Source: a virus (Duplodnaviria > Caudoviricetes). From it: a stretch of DNA of 64,000 bases. A program made the translations under genes and the position numbers. The notes beneath the pieces were generated by a model that had not been told where the DNA came from, made no database searches, and saw nothing but the letters and a program-made list of their open reading frames with translations. This document shows, one piece after another, positions 45,013 through 53,961 of this stretch (the stretch's first letter is position 1; every line of letters begins with the position of its first letter). The stretch spans positions 26,497-90,496 of the IMG/VR virus record IMGVR_UViG_3300043753_000023; one strand, written 5' to 3'.

Positions 45013-45336
45013 ATGGCCGATGATCAGGGCAGCGTCGTCTCCTACTCGGTGAAGGAGCTGTTCGAGAAGCTGGACCGGAAGATGGACGATGTCCTGGCCC
45101 TGGTGCACGGCAAGGCGGACTCCAGTGAGATCACCAGACTGACGGCCGAGCTGGCCGACGTACGGCAGGAGCTGGCCGACGTACGGCAGGAGCTGGCCGA
45201 GCTGAAACAGCGTGAAGCCGCACAGGAGCAGCATGAGGTGAAGAGCACCGATCGACGGCGCTGGGCCATCGGTACGGCCGCGGCGTTCGGCCTGGTCGCA
45301 GTGACCGCGATATCGATGCTCCTGACTGGCCGCTGA
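45013..45336 (+). CDS. Coiled-coil plus C-terminal TM protein (holin/lysis accessory)
   Basis: Heptad repeats ELADVRQ; C-terminal hydrophobic helix. Confidence 0.7.
   Translation: MADDQGSVVSYSVKELFEKLDRKMDDVLALVHGKADSSEITRLTAELADVRQELADVRQELAELKQREAAQEQHEVKSTDRRRWAIGTAAAFGLVAVTAISMLLTGR
45148..45200 (+). repeat. 21-bp tandem repeat (2.5 copies)
   Basis: GAGCTGGCCGACGTACGGCAG x2 plus a partial third copy. Confidence 0.9.
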
Positions 45337-45343
45337 GCCAACT

Positions 45344-45385
45344 CGCCCCCGTCTCGGCTACGGCCGGGGCGGGGGCGGCTTCGTC
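45344..45385. terminator. Hairpin ending the lysis operon
   Basis: CGCCCCC...GGGGGCG stem between convergent genes. Confidence 0.7.
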
Positions 45386-45408
45386 GTGTCGGGTCGACAG
45401 CCGGCCAG

Positions 45409-47646
45409 TCACCAGATCATGCCGAGGGCGTTGAGCATCTTCAGCCGATCAGGGGGAAGACTGTCGCGACGGCGCCGCTGGTTGTTAATCCACACGCCGA
45501 GCCGGAAGCCGTCACGGTTGGCGTACTTCTGTGGGACCTGGAGGTTGCCGAACTCGGCCAGGTAGGACCGTGCGGCAAGCAGGCCGGCTTGCCAGGCGGC
45601 TTCGTGCGGGGAAGACTGAGCCCACTCCATCTGGAGGGCGTCCAAGCGTTGGATCTGTTCGGGTGTCAGCTCGTCTCGCAGGCCGCGCTGCGCGTGGATC
45701 CACGCACCCAGATGGCGCCCATCTGTGGTTTTGTGGGTGCGCGTGACCCGCAGATGCCCATGTTCGGCATGGAATGCGCGGGCGTCGGCATAGTTGCGGC
45801 GCCAACTCAGGGGCCACGGGGCATCCCAGTCGGGGTCGAGTGCGTCCAGCAGGGCCCGGCGCTCGGGAGTGACCGTCTCAGGACGCTCGCGCTGGTTGCG
45901 CAGCCACGGGCCAAGCTTGAAGCCGCCGGAATCGTGGTTGGCGGGAATGGCGAGATGGCCATACTCCTGGACGAACGCCTGGGCGTGAACGTAGCCGCGC
46001 TGCCACTGGTCGGCCCGCGGGCTCCACGCCATACCCAACTCGTCCAGGGCAGCCTGCCGCTCCGTCGGAAGGGCCTGGGCCTTCTTCAGGTGGCGCTGCC
46101 AATCCAGCCACCTGCCGAGAGCAAACTGCTGCTCGTCGACGTAGTCCTGCGGCGCGTCCAAGTGCTTGTACTGGCCGTGGTATCGCTGGGCGGCGGTGTA
46201 GCCACGGCGCCATTCGATGCTTTTGGGGGAGACGACACGCAGGCTGATCGCCAGGGCGAGGCGGTCAACGGGCTGGGGGTGCGCGCTGAGCGCACGGATC
46301 CAGTCCACTTGTGGAGTGCCCGCAGCGCTTCCGGAGTGTGGTTCGCTGCTGCCACGGAGCGTCGCGACACGGTCGACGAAACGATCGTCGTGGGAGCGCA
46401 GCGCTTGCAGGGTCCACCACAAGGGCGCGTAGGCCGAGGAATCGAGGACCGATTCGGCATCGTGCGACTCCGCGCCCAGGTAGACGGGCACCACAATGGT
46501 GGACACCTTGCCGGCGCCAGGGGTCTGCCGCAGAGATCGGCCGACGTTCTGCACGATGTCGATATCGGAGTGCCGGGCATCGGCGAAAACGACCGCGTCC
46601 GTTTCCGGGATGTCGACGCCTTCGCCGAAGACTCGGGAGTTGGACATCACCGCGGTTCCACGGTGGGCAGAGTGCTCCTCGATTAGGCGTGCACGTGTCC
46701 CCGCCGACTGCCGACCGCTGGTCCACCGGGCCCGCAGTGGTCCCTCGGGCTGCAGGTTAGCGGCCTGGGAGACTGCCTCCAGGCCCTCGGCGAACGCCCG
46801 AGCAGCCGCCACTTTCTGGTGATAGGTCAGCACCGAGCGTAGATTCCTGTCTCGAATGGCTTGTAGGACGGCAATCTGCAGTGCTGCGTTGCGCAGTGCT
46901 TCAGCAGGCAGGTTGCCGCGGTTTGGCACCGCGGCAAGCATCTGGTGGATGTCCGTGTCGTTGACGACCGGCACCAGAACCTGATAGTCGGCAAGCAGTC
47001 CGCGCTTGATCGCCTCTCCCAGGCCAAGCCGGTAGGCAACCTCACCAAACAGTTCGGTGTCGCTCATCGTCGCGAGCGGCGTCTCCGGGTCGCTCACGGC
47101 CCACACTCGGGGCGTTGCGGTCTGGTAGAGACGCAGGCGCGCCGGAACCTGCGCATTGTGATGGATCGCCGCCCACTGCTTGCCCAAGCGCCCGGCCGTG
47201 CGGTGTGCTTCATCGACAATTACTAGGTCCCACGCTGGCAGCCCGTGGTCGCGGTGCGCGGCAACGAGGACGGGCAGGGAGGCGTATGTGGCGTACACGC
47301 TGAGCGGTCCGTCGCCGTGAGCGAGGGCGGCGAGCTCGGCCGGTGACGTGGTCACCTCCATGGCGCCGACCTGGTGAGCGACCTCATCGGTGGAGCACAC
47401 TCCGATGGCACGGCCCCAGCGCCCCGAATCCTTCCACGCCCGGGCAGTCTGCCCGAGCAGGTTTAGGGTCGGCACCAGAACCAGGGTGCGACCGTCGCGC
47501 GCGTGGTTGTGAGCAATCCGGGCAGCGATATGGGTCTTGCCGGTACCGGTGGCCGCGACCAGCGTGGCGCGGGGGTGGCGGGTCAGGTGGCTGGTGACGG
47601 CCGCGATTGCATCACGCTGATGCGGCCGGGTAGTGAAGATAGGCAA
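45409..47646 (-). CDS. SF2 DEAH helicase with four helicase-associated (HA) repeats, TtrA-like
   Basis: ATGTGKT, IVDEAH, FGEGVDIP, IVQNVGRSLR; W..GY/LG.WL..QR repeats; GGAGG RBS favours a TTG start at 47646. Confidence 0.88.
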   Translation of the reverse strand: MPIFTTRPHQRDAIAAVTSHLTRHPRATLVAATGTGKTHIAARIAHNHARDGRTLVLVPTLNLLGQTARAWKDSGRWGRAIGVCSTDEVAHQVGAMEVTTSPAELAALAHGDGPLSVYATYASLPVLVAAHRDHGLPAWDLVIVDEAHRTAGRLGKQWAAIHHNAQVPARLRLYQTATPRVWAVSDPETPLATMSDTELFGEVAYRLGLGEAIKRGLLADYQVLVPVVNDTDIHQMLAAVPNRGNLPAEALRNAALQIAVLQAIRDRNLRSVLTYHQKVAAARAFAEGLEAVSQAANLQPEGPLRARWTSGRQSAGTRARLIEEHSAHRGTAVMSNSRVFGEGVDIPETDAVVFADARHSDIDIVQNVGRSLRQTPGAGKVSTIVVPVYLGAESHDAESVLDSSAYAPLWWTLQALRSHDDRFVDRVATLRGSSEPHSGSAAGTPQVDWIRALSAHPQPVDRLALAISLRVVSPKSIEWRRGYTAAQRYHGQYKHLDAPQDYVDEQQFALGRWLDWQRHLKKAQALPTERQAALDELGMAWSPRADQWQRGYVHAQAFVQEYGHLAIPANHDSGGFKLGPWLRNQRERPETVTPERRALLDALDPDWDAPWPLSWRRNYADARAFHAEHGHLRVTRTHKTTDGRHLGAWIHAQRGLRDELTPEQIQRLDALQMEWAQSSPHEAAWQAGLLAARSYLAEFGNLQVPQKYANRDGFRLGVWINNQRRRRDSLPPDRLKMLNALGMIW

Positions 47647-47732
47647 GGGGACCTCCTCGGCACCGTGGGGCCTATAAGCAGACAAACGAGCCTGCTACGT
47701 GATGGACACGCCTGCGGGAATCTGGCTTGGCC

Positions 47733-48554
47733 TCACTGGTCCGCCGTAGGCCGCCTGACGCCTCGGGGTGGCAGTCCGAGTCTCTTCGCACGCTGCGAGA
47801 CGGCTGACCCCGAGACGCCCATTCGCGCAGCAATCTCTTTGACCGTAATGTCACTTGACCACAGGGCGCGCAGTTGCATGTCCCGCTCGGGCGAGCGCGT
47901 GCTCGCCCCAGTGCCCTGTTTTGATGGCAGTTCAAGCCGTCGGCCGAATCGCCCCGCCGTCTGTGGATGCACCTCGAACCGCTTCGCAATGTCGGACACC
48001 TTCACGGCGCGATCCGCCCACAGCTCGCGGAACTCGGCTTCAACGGCCGCCAGCGGGCTAACCTGCGACGGTCTGCCGTCGGGGCGGTCGGGTAGGCCAA
48101 GACGTGTGGCCTCATCCTTCAGCCTCTCCTTGGAGACGCCCAGTGCGGAGCAGATGCCGCGTAGACCGAGGTTGGGGTCGGCCCACATGGTCTTCAGGCG
48201 ATCCTCGTCCACGACTTTTCTCTGGGACGACCGCGCGCGCGACCTGTAAGTGGCCGCGACTTCACGGTCGAAGCTTGGGTAGTGCTGCCTCCAGCGCTTC
48301 ACCGTAGCGACTGACACGCCAGCCTCGGTCGCGGCTTCATCCATTGACTCGCCGGCTGCCAGGGCCTTGATGAAGGCCTTCGTCTGCCACGCGTGCTGAT
48401 GGGGCAGCCTGGGCAGCGCCGCTTCGATGTGCGTTAGGTTCGGTGCCCACTGCCGCCACTGGGTGGCGCTGGGGTCGCCTTCCTTGCCGTCAGCAATGGC
48501 CGTCAGGTGGTTGACGATTGCGCGTACCAGCGCGGCATTCACATCATCGGTCAC
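47733..48554 (-). CDS. Multi-HTH DNA-binding protein
   Basis: Four HTH-like segments (AATEAGVSVATV, ICSALGVS, IAKRFEVH, IAARMGVSGSAVSQRAKRLGL). Confidence 0.75.
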   Translation of the reverse strand: MTDDVNAALVRAIVNHLTAIADGKEGDPSATQWRQWAPNLTHIEAALPRLPHQHAWQTKAFIKALAAGESMDEAATEAGVSVATVKRWRQHYPSFDREVAATYRSRARSSQRKVVDEDRLKTMWADPNLGLRGICSALGVSKERLKDEATRLGLPDRPDGRPSQVSPLAAVEAEFRELWADRAVKVSDIAKRFEVHPQTAGRFGRRLELPSKQGTGASTRSPERDMQLRALWSSDITVKEIAARMGVSGSAVSQRAKRLGLPPRGVRRPTADQ

Positions 48555-49081
48555 TGCTTGTCCTTGAGATCGGTGCGGGCACCCTGGCCGGGCCGGGCGC
48601 CCTGCGCGACGCGCACCTCATACGCGTTGAAGATCGACTGCCCTCCGCGGCCGGGGGCGCGGCGTACGGGCTGCACTCCCCAACGAGAGAGGATCTTGGT
48701 GACAGATTCGGGGTCGACGCCGATCTGCTGGGCGGTCTCATCCCGCGTCCACTCGACATCGGGGTCCCAGTGCTCAACGATCGTGCCGAGATCGACGGCC
48801 TGGACGATTTCGGCAATGTCGAGTTCGCCCTCCCAGTCGCAGTCCTTGTCGTAGTAGGGGCCGATGAACTCGTCTCCGCACAGGGAGACATTGGCAGGGA
48901 GGGCGTCATTGATGGCGGCGCGGTACTGGTCGGCGATGCGTTCGAAGGCGCCGGTCTCCTCAACGCGGCGGCGCCATTCGGAGTCGCCGCCGTTGATGAA
49001 GTCGAGGATGTCGCTCTCGGGGGAAGTGCTGTAGGGGGACACGCGGTTGCACCAGGTGCCGTAGCTAGTGGTGGTGACCAT
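48551..49081 (-). CDS. Hypothetical protein with C-terminal HTH
   Basis: AAGGAG RBS; WTRDETAQQIGVDPESV. Confidence 0.75.
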   Translation of the reverse strand: MVTTTSYGTWCNRVSPYSTSPESDILDFINGGDSEWRRRVEETGAFERIADQYRAAINDALPANVSLCGDEFIGPYYDKDCDWEGELDIAEIVQAVDLGTIVEHWDPDVEWTRDETAQQIGVDPESVTKILSRWGVQPVRRAPGRGGQSIFNAYEVRVAQGARPGQGARTDLKDKQ

Positions 49082-49113
49082 GAAGGGGCTCCTTCGAGTG
49101 GATGTGGGATGAC

Positions 49114-49620
49114 TCAGAGGGCAGCGACGGCGGAGCGGATACCGGCAATGGCGGCCTCGAAGACCTCTTCGCGACTGGCGACGCGGGACTCGCTGAAGCC
49201 GTAGCGACAGTGGAACTTGCCGTCGGCCGTGTCGAACCAGAGCTTGTCGATGGTGCCGCCGAGCTTGTAGGCCTGCGAGTTGGAAATCTCGGTGCCCTGC
49301 CAAGCCGCGGAGCTGATGTTGCCGCTCTTGTAGGTGTCGGTTTCGAGACCGGCGAGGGCGGCCCAGTTGTTGAAGTAGACGCGGTCCTTGCCGGCCTTCT
49401 GCCAACGGCTGCCGCCGATGGCCGTCAGGGTCTCCGTGTTGATGACGATGCTGCGGGCCTTGCGGTAGAGCTTGCCGAGGTCGATGCGGCGCGCGAGGGA
49501 GGTGGCGTCGATGGTCCAGCGGCGCCCGGCCTTGGCGGCCGTGATGACGCCGCGGCGGCACCAGGTACGGATGGTGTCGATGCTGACCTTGGCGAGTTTG
49601 GCGGCGGTGCTGGTGTCCAT
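49114..49620 (-). CDS. HTH_17/MerR-like DNA-binding protein with C-terminal domain
   Basis: MDTSTAAKLAKVSIDTIRTWCRRG; GGAGG RBS. Confidence 0.8.
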   Translation of the reverse strand: MDTSTAAKLAKVSIDTIRTWCRRGVITAAKAGRRWTIDATSLARRIDLGKLYRKARSIVINTETLTAIGGSRWQKAGKDRVYFNNWAALAGLETDTYKSGNISSAAWQGTEISNSQAYKLGGTIDKLWFDTADGKFHCRYGFSESRVASREEVFEAAIAGIRSAVAAL

Positions 49621-49646
49621 TGGGGCCTCCCTGTGTCGATGACCTA

Positions 49647-49676
49647 ACTTTGTCCGACCGTCGGACGAAGTGTCAA
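49647..49676 (-). promoter_or_regulatory. Promoter TTGACA-N18-CAAAGT with a palindromic operator in the spacer
   Basis: TGTCAA at 49671-49676 on +, TCCGAC-C-GTCGGA at 49653-49665. Confidence 0.75.
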
Positions 49677-50037
49677 GGGGCTTGCCAGTATGACTAATTG
49701 GAGACGCAGGAGCGGATCCCCGGTTGGCCTCCCGCCGCCGTTCCATGTAGCGTGATTAACCTCCTGTCACGTGGAGAAGCCGGGTCCACTCATCGTTGTC
49801 TAGGCGGGCATGGAACTGGCGGCGGCTCGGGTCCGGTTTATCGTTTGCCGACCATGGGGTGGACCCGGCCGCGCCCTGCTCGGCTTCGGCCGGGCAGGGC
49901 GGCTTCGTCATGCCCGGGCCCGGCCTGACATGTCGTTGAAATGCGAAAGGGCCCGCATCAGCAGGCCCTTTCAGCACGTGCCCGCCACGAAGAGCGGGTA
50001 CCGTTCGGGGAGTCGAAGCCACCGAACGGAGTTCAGT

Positions 50038-51222
50038 ATGCCCTACACCGGGCCGGAACACACCGGCATGCGCATCGCCAAGCACCGCAAGCTGAGGCGC
50101 CTTACCCAGCAGGCCCTCGCCGAGCGAGCAGGCATCTCGGCAAGCCTCCTAACCAAGATCGAACGCGGTGAGCGCCCCGCCACCCCCGCAGTTCTCGGAG
50201 CCATCTCCAGGGCCTTGCACGTCCCAGTGGCGGATCTGCTCGGGCAGCCCTACCTGACCGAGCTGCAGGCGGACCAGCTGGACGCCCTGATCGACCCGAT
50301 CCGCACCTCGCTGGAGCTGTACGACCTGGGCGCGGATCCGATGCTTGCACCGCGCCCGCTGGAGCAACTGACGGCGAAGGCCGACGAGTTGTGCGCCGCA
50401 ATGCGCCGAGCGTCCGTGAAGGCAGTGGCGGCGGAGCTGCCAACGGCACTCGCTGAAGCAACCGCAGCAGCGCAGGCAACGCCCAGCACCGAAGCGTGGA
50501 TGGTCCTCGCCAGCCTGTATCGGACGGCGTTCGATACGGCCGACAAGCTCGGCTTCATCGACCTGTCGCAGGTGGCGCTGGACCGGATGGCCTGGGCCGC
50601 TGGGCGGGCGAGCGACCCGACGGTCGAGGCGGTCCGGCAGTACCTGCGCTCACTCAGCTGCCTGCGGTCGGGGCGCCTCGCAGTGGGCGGCCGGATCCTC
50701 GCCGCCGGCCTGGACCTGCTGGAGCAGGCCGAGCCCGGACGGGTGCGCGACGTCGTCACCGGACAGCTGCACCTTGGTGCGGCGATGGTGGCCGCGCGCT
50801 CGGAAGACGAGGACGGGACGGCCTACCACTTGGCTGTCTCGGAACGAATCGCCGCCGCGACGGGGCCCGCGGAGAAGGTGCACTGGCTGAGCTACGGGCC
50901 TGCGAACGTCGCTGTTCACCAGGTCGCAGCGCTGGCCGAGTTGCGCAAGTACGACGAGGCCGTGGATGCGGCGAGGCACGTGGCGATTCCGGATAACTGG
51001 CCGGCCACACGCAGGGCGCATCACCTGGCCGAGGTGGCCCGGGCACAGCTCTGGCTGGACAGGCCAGATGCGGCACTGCGGAACCTGCAGCAAGCCCGGG
51101 CGGCGGCCCCCCAGATGATGCGCTATCACCCGATGATGCGGGAGACCGTCTCGGGCCTGGTGGCCGCGCGGCGGGCGACGACGAACTCGCTGGCGAATCT
51201 CGCTACGTGGGCTGGGATCTGA
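50038..51222 (+). CDS. XRE HTH regulator with long helical (TPR-like) C-terminal domain
   Basis: RKLRRLTQQALAERAGISASLLTKIERGER then helical repeats. Confidence 0.88.
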   Translation: MPYTGPEHTGMRIAKHRKLRRLTQQALAERAGISASLLTKIERGERPATPAVLGAISRALHVPVADLLGQPYLTELQADQLDALIDPIRTSLELYDLGADPMLAPRPLEQLTAKADELCAAMRRASVKAVAAELPTALAEATAAAQATPSTEAWMVLASLYRTAFDTADKLGFIDLSQVALDRMAWAAGRASDPTVEAVRQYLRSLSCLRSGRLAVGGRILAAGLDLLEQAEPGRVRDVVTGQLHLGAAMVAARSEDEDGTAYHLAVSERIAAATGPAEKVHWLSYGPANVAVHQVAALAELRKYDEAVDAARHVAIPDNWPATRRAHHLAEVARAQLWLDRPDAALRNLQQARAAAPQMMRYHPMMRETVSGLVAARRATTNSLANLATWAGI

Positions 51223-51232
51223 CGCTTCACCA

Positions 51233-51272
51233 GAACCCCGGACTGACACAAAGTGTGTCAGTTCCGGGGTTC
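51233..51272. promoter_or_regulatory. Long inverted repeat with CTGACACA/TGTGTCAG core (operator or terminator)
   Basis: GAACCCCGGACTGACACA-AAG-TGTGTCAGTTCCGGGGTTC. Confidence 0.7.
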
Positions 51273-51501
51273 CATATTGCCGACACTACTGCTGTCAGTA
51301 GTACCTCGACTACAGGAGTGGCTGTGACGGCGAAGCGTCCCACCCGCACCCCCCACGACCAAGAGCGGCGCCGCCTACTGCTCGAAGCCTCCGCTGGCGC
51401 GCTGGGCTACGGCCCACCGGTGACGCCCGCTGGCCAAACGGGCCCGGCGCCCGCCCGGACGTGTCCCGTCCACGTGCACCAGCCCGCTGCGGGACCGCAC
51501 G

Positions 51502-51705
51502 ATGGAGCATGATGACCGCGGCATCATGGAGCAGCAGCCGCGGGGCATCACAGCCAGCTCCTGCCCGTACTGCCAGAGTCATGACGCGCTGGCGGCCAGC
51601 AGCCAGGGGAGCCCCGCGGCACTGGCGGGTGTCCAGCAGCTGCGCGACGAGCACCGACGGGTACCTGGAGCATGCGTGGATCCACTGCGAGGAGTGGGCT
51701 GGTGA
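51502..51705 (+). CDS. Small CxxC hypothetical protein
   Basis: CPYCQ; GGAG upstream; coupled to the next gene. Confidence 0.5.
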   Translation: MEHDDRGIMEQQPRGITASSCPYCQSHDALAASSQGSPAALAGVQQLRDEHRRVPGACVDPLRGVGW

Positions 51706-51923
51706 CACAGTCGATGCCGGCCACCGTGGAGGTCCGGGACTGCAACACCTGCCGCTGCCTGGACATCATGGCCTCCCGAGCGTGGATCCAGGACGAGACG
51801 GGCACCTACCGCGACGAGTCCGCCCTATCCGACGTACGGATACAGCGACGCGACCACCGCGCCGACGGCAAGTGCAGCCGCCCGCCGACGGCCTGGGGCG
51901 CCGAACCTGAGGCTGACGAGTGA
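51702..51923 (+). CDS. Small hypothetical protein
   Basis: GAGGAG RBS, GTGA coupling; CNTCRC. Confidence 0.55.
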   Translation: MTQSMPATVEVRDCNTCRCLDIMASRAWIQDETGTYRDESALSDVRIQRRDHRADGKCSRPPTAWGAEPEADE

Positions 51924-52177
51924 GCCACGATCGGCCACCTGGGGATCCGAGCATCACCCCGGACGTCATCGCCACCCTGCTTGCCGACCCGGACCACCGG
52001 CGCGGCATGGCTATCCACCCCGGGGCGCACTTCCAGCTACTGGACGCGGACCCCATATACCGAGCTGCTGTACGGGCCAGCGTCGTCGCCACCGCCGAGG
52101 CCGAACAACGGGCTGCGGCGGCCACCGAGCTATCCCGGCATCGCGGACTATGGTCATGGCTCCGGGGCAGCACCTGA
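51920..52177 (+). CDS. Small hypothetical protein
   Basis: GTGA coupling. Confidence 0.65.
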   Translation: MSHDRPPGDPSITPDVIATLLADPDHRRGMAIHPGAHFQLLDADPIYRAAVRASVVATAEAEQRAAAATELSRHRGLWSWLRGST

Positions 52178-52231
52178 CGACGCCCCCGTGAACCCGCCCG
52201 GCCCGGTCATCCCCCATCCGGGCCGGGCGGT

Positions 52232-52471
52232 CTACGTCCAGAACAGGTAGATCGTCTGGGTACCCAGCGCCCGCGCGAGCGCCACCAGGTCGTCGAGGGT
52301 CGGCGCGGTCAGGCCCAACTCCCAGCTTCCGATGGTCCGTCGGTCGACGCCAGCCTGTTCAGCAAGCGTCTCCTGGCTCCATCCGTGGGCCCGGCGTAGT
52401 TGTCGAATGCGGGCACCGACCTCTCGGCGGGTCTTCAGCTGCAGGTGGTCGGGCGTACGGGAGGGCGGCAC
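52232..52471 (-). CDS. Small XRE HTH regulator
   Basis: GARIRQLRRAHGWSQETLAEQAGVDRRTIGSWE. Confidence 0.88.
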   Translation of the reverse strand: MPPSRTPDHLQLKTRREVGARIRQLRRAHGWSQETLAEQAGVDRRTIGSWELGLTAPTLDDLVALARALGTQTIYLFWT

Positions 52472-52587
52472 TCCTTGACCGTTGCGCGATCAAGATCAAA
52501 TGTCTGTACGTGCACCCCGTCAAGGTCTCGTTAAAACGTTCGATAACATGCCCGTCGAACGCCAGCACCAGACCGGAGCGCCACCCT

Positions 52588-52788
52588 GTGACCGAGAACT
52601 GCCCTCATATCGCCGCCCAACAAGCCGCCGCCCTACTACGCGAAGCCCTCGCGCAACACGACATCACCCTGCCGGACCTCGGCGTCGACCTCAGCAGCAT
52701 CATCGCCGGCTATTCAGCCGTGCGCCTTGGCAGCGCATCCGCGGCCACCGTCCGCAAAATCGCGGCCCTGCTGAATCGTCCCAACTAG
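52588..52788 (+). CDS. Conserved small streptomycete hypothetical protein
   Basis: LREALAQHDITLPDLGVD...VRLGSAS pattern; divergent from the XRE gene. Confidence 0.65.
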   Translation: MTENCPHIAAQQAAALLREALAQHDITLPDLGVDLSSIIAGYSAVRLGSASAATVRKIAALLNRPN

Positions 52789-53711
52789 GGACCGTCGGCC
52801 TTCCAGGCGACCCCCAGGGCGAAGAGGGTCTTCACGCCGTAATGCTCCTTCAGCCCCGCGATGACCTCGGCGACAGCCCGCTCCCCAATGTCGAGCTTCT
52901 TCGCAATGGCCGGCTGACTGGCACCGGCCTCCAGGGCCTTAAGTACGCGAATTTCACGACGAGTCAGCGGTCCTGACGGCTCGGGTCGAGTCCACGGCTC
53001 AGCTCGATTCCAATCCCGCTCAAACTGGCCCGCCAGAAAGGCGGCCACTCCCGGGTCATGCACCATGTACGCATCCGTGCGACTGCTAGTGGTGAGGATG
53101 TCATTGCCCGGAATGACGGCCACCTTGCGGTCGATCACAAAGAACCTCGGGAACCCCTCATCCAAGGTTCGGAACTCCGCGCCAGCGTCCTGCATCTTCT
53201 TCACCCACTTGCCCATGTTCTCCCCGGAGCGCGCCTCCTCCCGATACAGGGTTCGCGTCCTCACGCCGCGCCGCAGGGCTCCGAGGTCCCGATCGTTTGT
53301 CTCCTCCAGGATCTCCGGCTTGCGAACCCCGCCGGGCTGACAGAACAGCAATTCACTGCTCGCGGCGCCCATGACCTGGGACAGGCGCGCGTTGATGGCG
53401 TCGCTGCCTTGCAGATACTCGATGAGCCCTTCCCTGCCAGGTCGGTTGTCGTAGGCCTGGGCCAGCGGTCGCAGAGCGTCGGCTATAGCCGTGACACCGT
53501 TGAGCAGATCGGCCCGCCAGCGGGCGCTGACGTAGCTCGGATCGACCGGCACGGGACCGTCAGCGCCGTCGCGAAGGAGCCCGAGGTTCAGAAGCCGGCC
53601 GAGGGCTTCGGGTGAAACGTCATCGACCGGTTCGCCAGCCAGGACGCGCCCGTACGCTTCCGCCGACTCGTTGCTGATGGTGGCCCAGGATGGGGCTGCA
53701 GGGGATGTCAT
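52785..53711 (-). CDS. TrmB-like sensor plus C-terminal LuxR HTH regulator
   Basis: RGVRTRTLY...FPRFFVIDRKVAV; LTRREIRVLKALEAG...IAKKLDIGERAV. Confidence 0.85.
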   Translation of the reverse strand: MTSPAAPSWATISNESAEAYGRVLAGEPVDDVSPEALGRLLNLGLLRDGADGPVPVDPSYVSARWRADLLNGVTAIADALRPLAQAYDNRPGREGLIEYLQGSDAINARLSQVMGAASSELLFCQPGGVRKPEILEETNDRDLGALRRGVRTRTLYREEARSGENMGKWVKKMQDAGAEFRTLDEGFPRFFVIDRKVAVIPGNDILTTSSRTDAYMVHDPGVAAFLAGQFERDWNRAEPWTRPEPSGPLTRREIRVLKALEAGASQPAIAKKLDIGERAVAEVIAGLKEHYGVKTLFALGVAWKADGP

Positions 53712-53961
53712 GGGTGCAGGATATTGCGGGCGCAGGTTCTCGCGCTGCAGATCACTGGACTCCGGCCGCACGCTGGGCGATCGTTGAGTCACTCGTTGAA
53801 CAATCACCAACAAGTGACCTCTCTTCACGGGCTCGCAATGGGGGGAACCATGCCAAGCCACGCACCCGCCGATCAGCGGGTTGACAAGACATCAAGGATC
53901 ACTTGTCCTGGGGACACCACAACCGCGGCAAGAGGCCGCGGCCAGACCCCCAAGGGACCAC

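Noticed and set aside
51310-51500. Additional small gene after the XRE inverted repeat
   Set aside because: A possible GTG-start ORF near 51325 exists, but frame and RBS support were too weak to call
52785-53711. Active phospholipase D or AHL-type LuxR quorum sensor
   Set aside because: The central domain lacks an intact HxKxxxxD motif and does not resemble an autoinducer-binding domain; no LuxI gene is present
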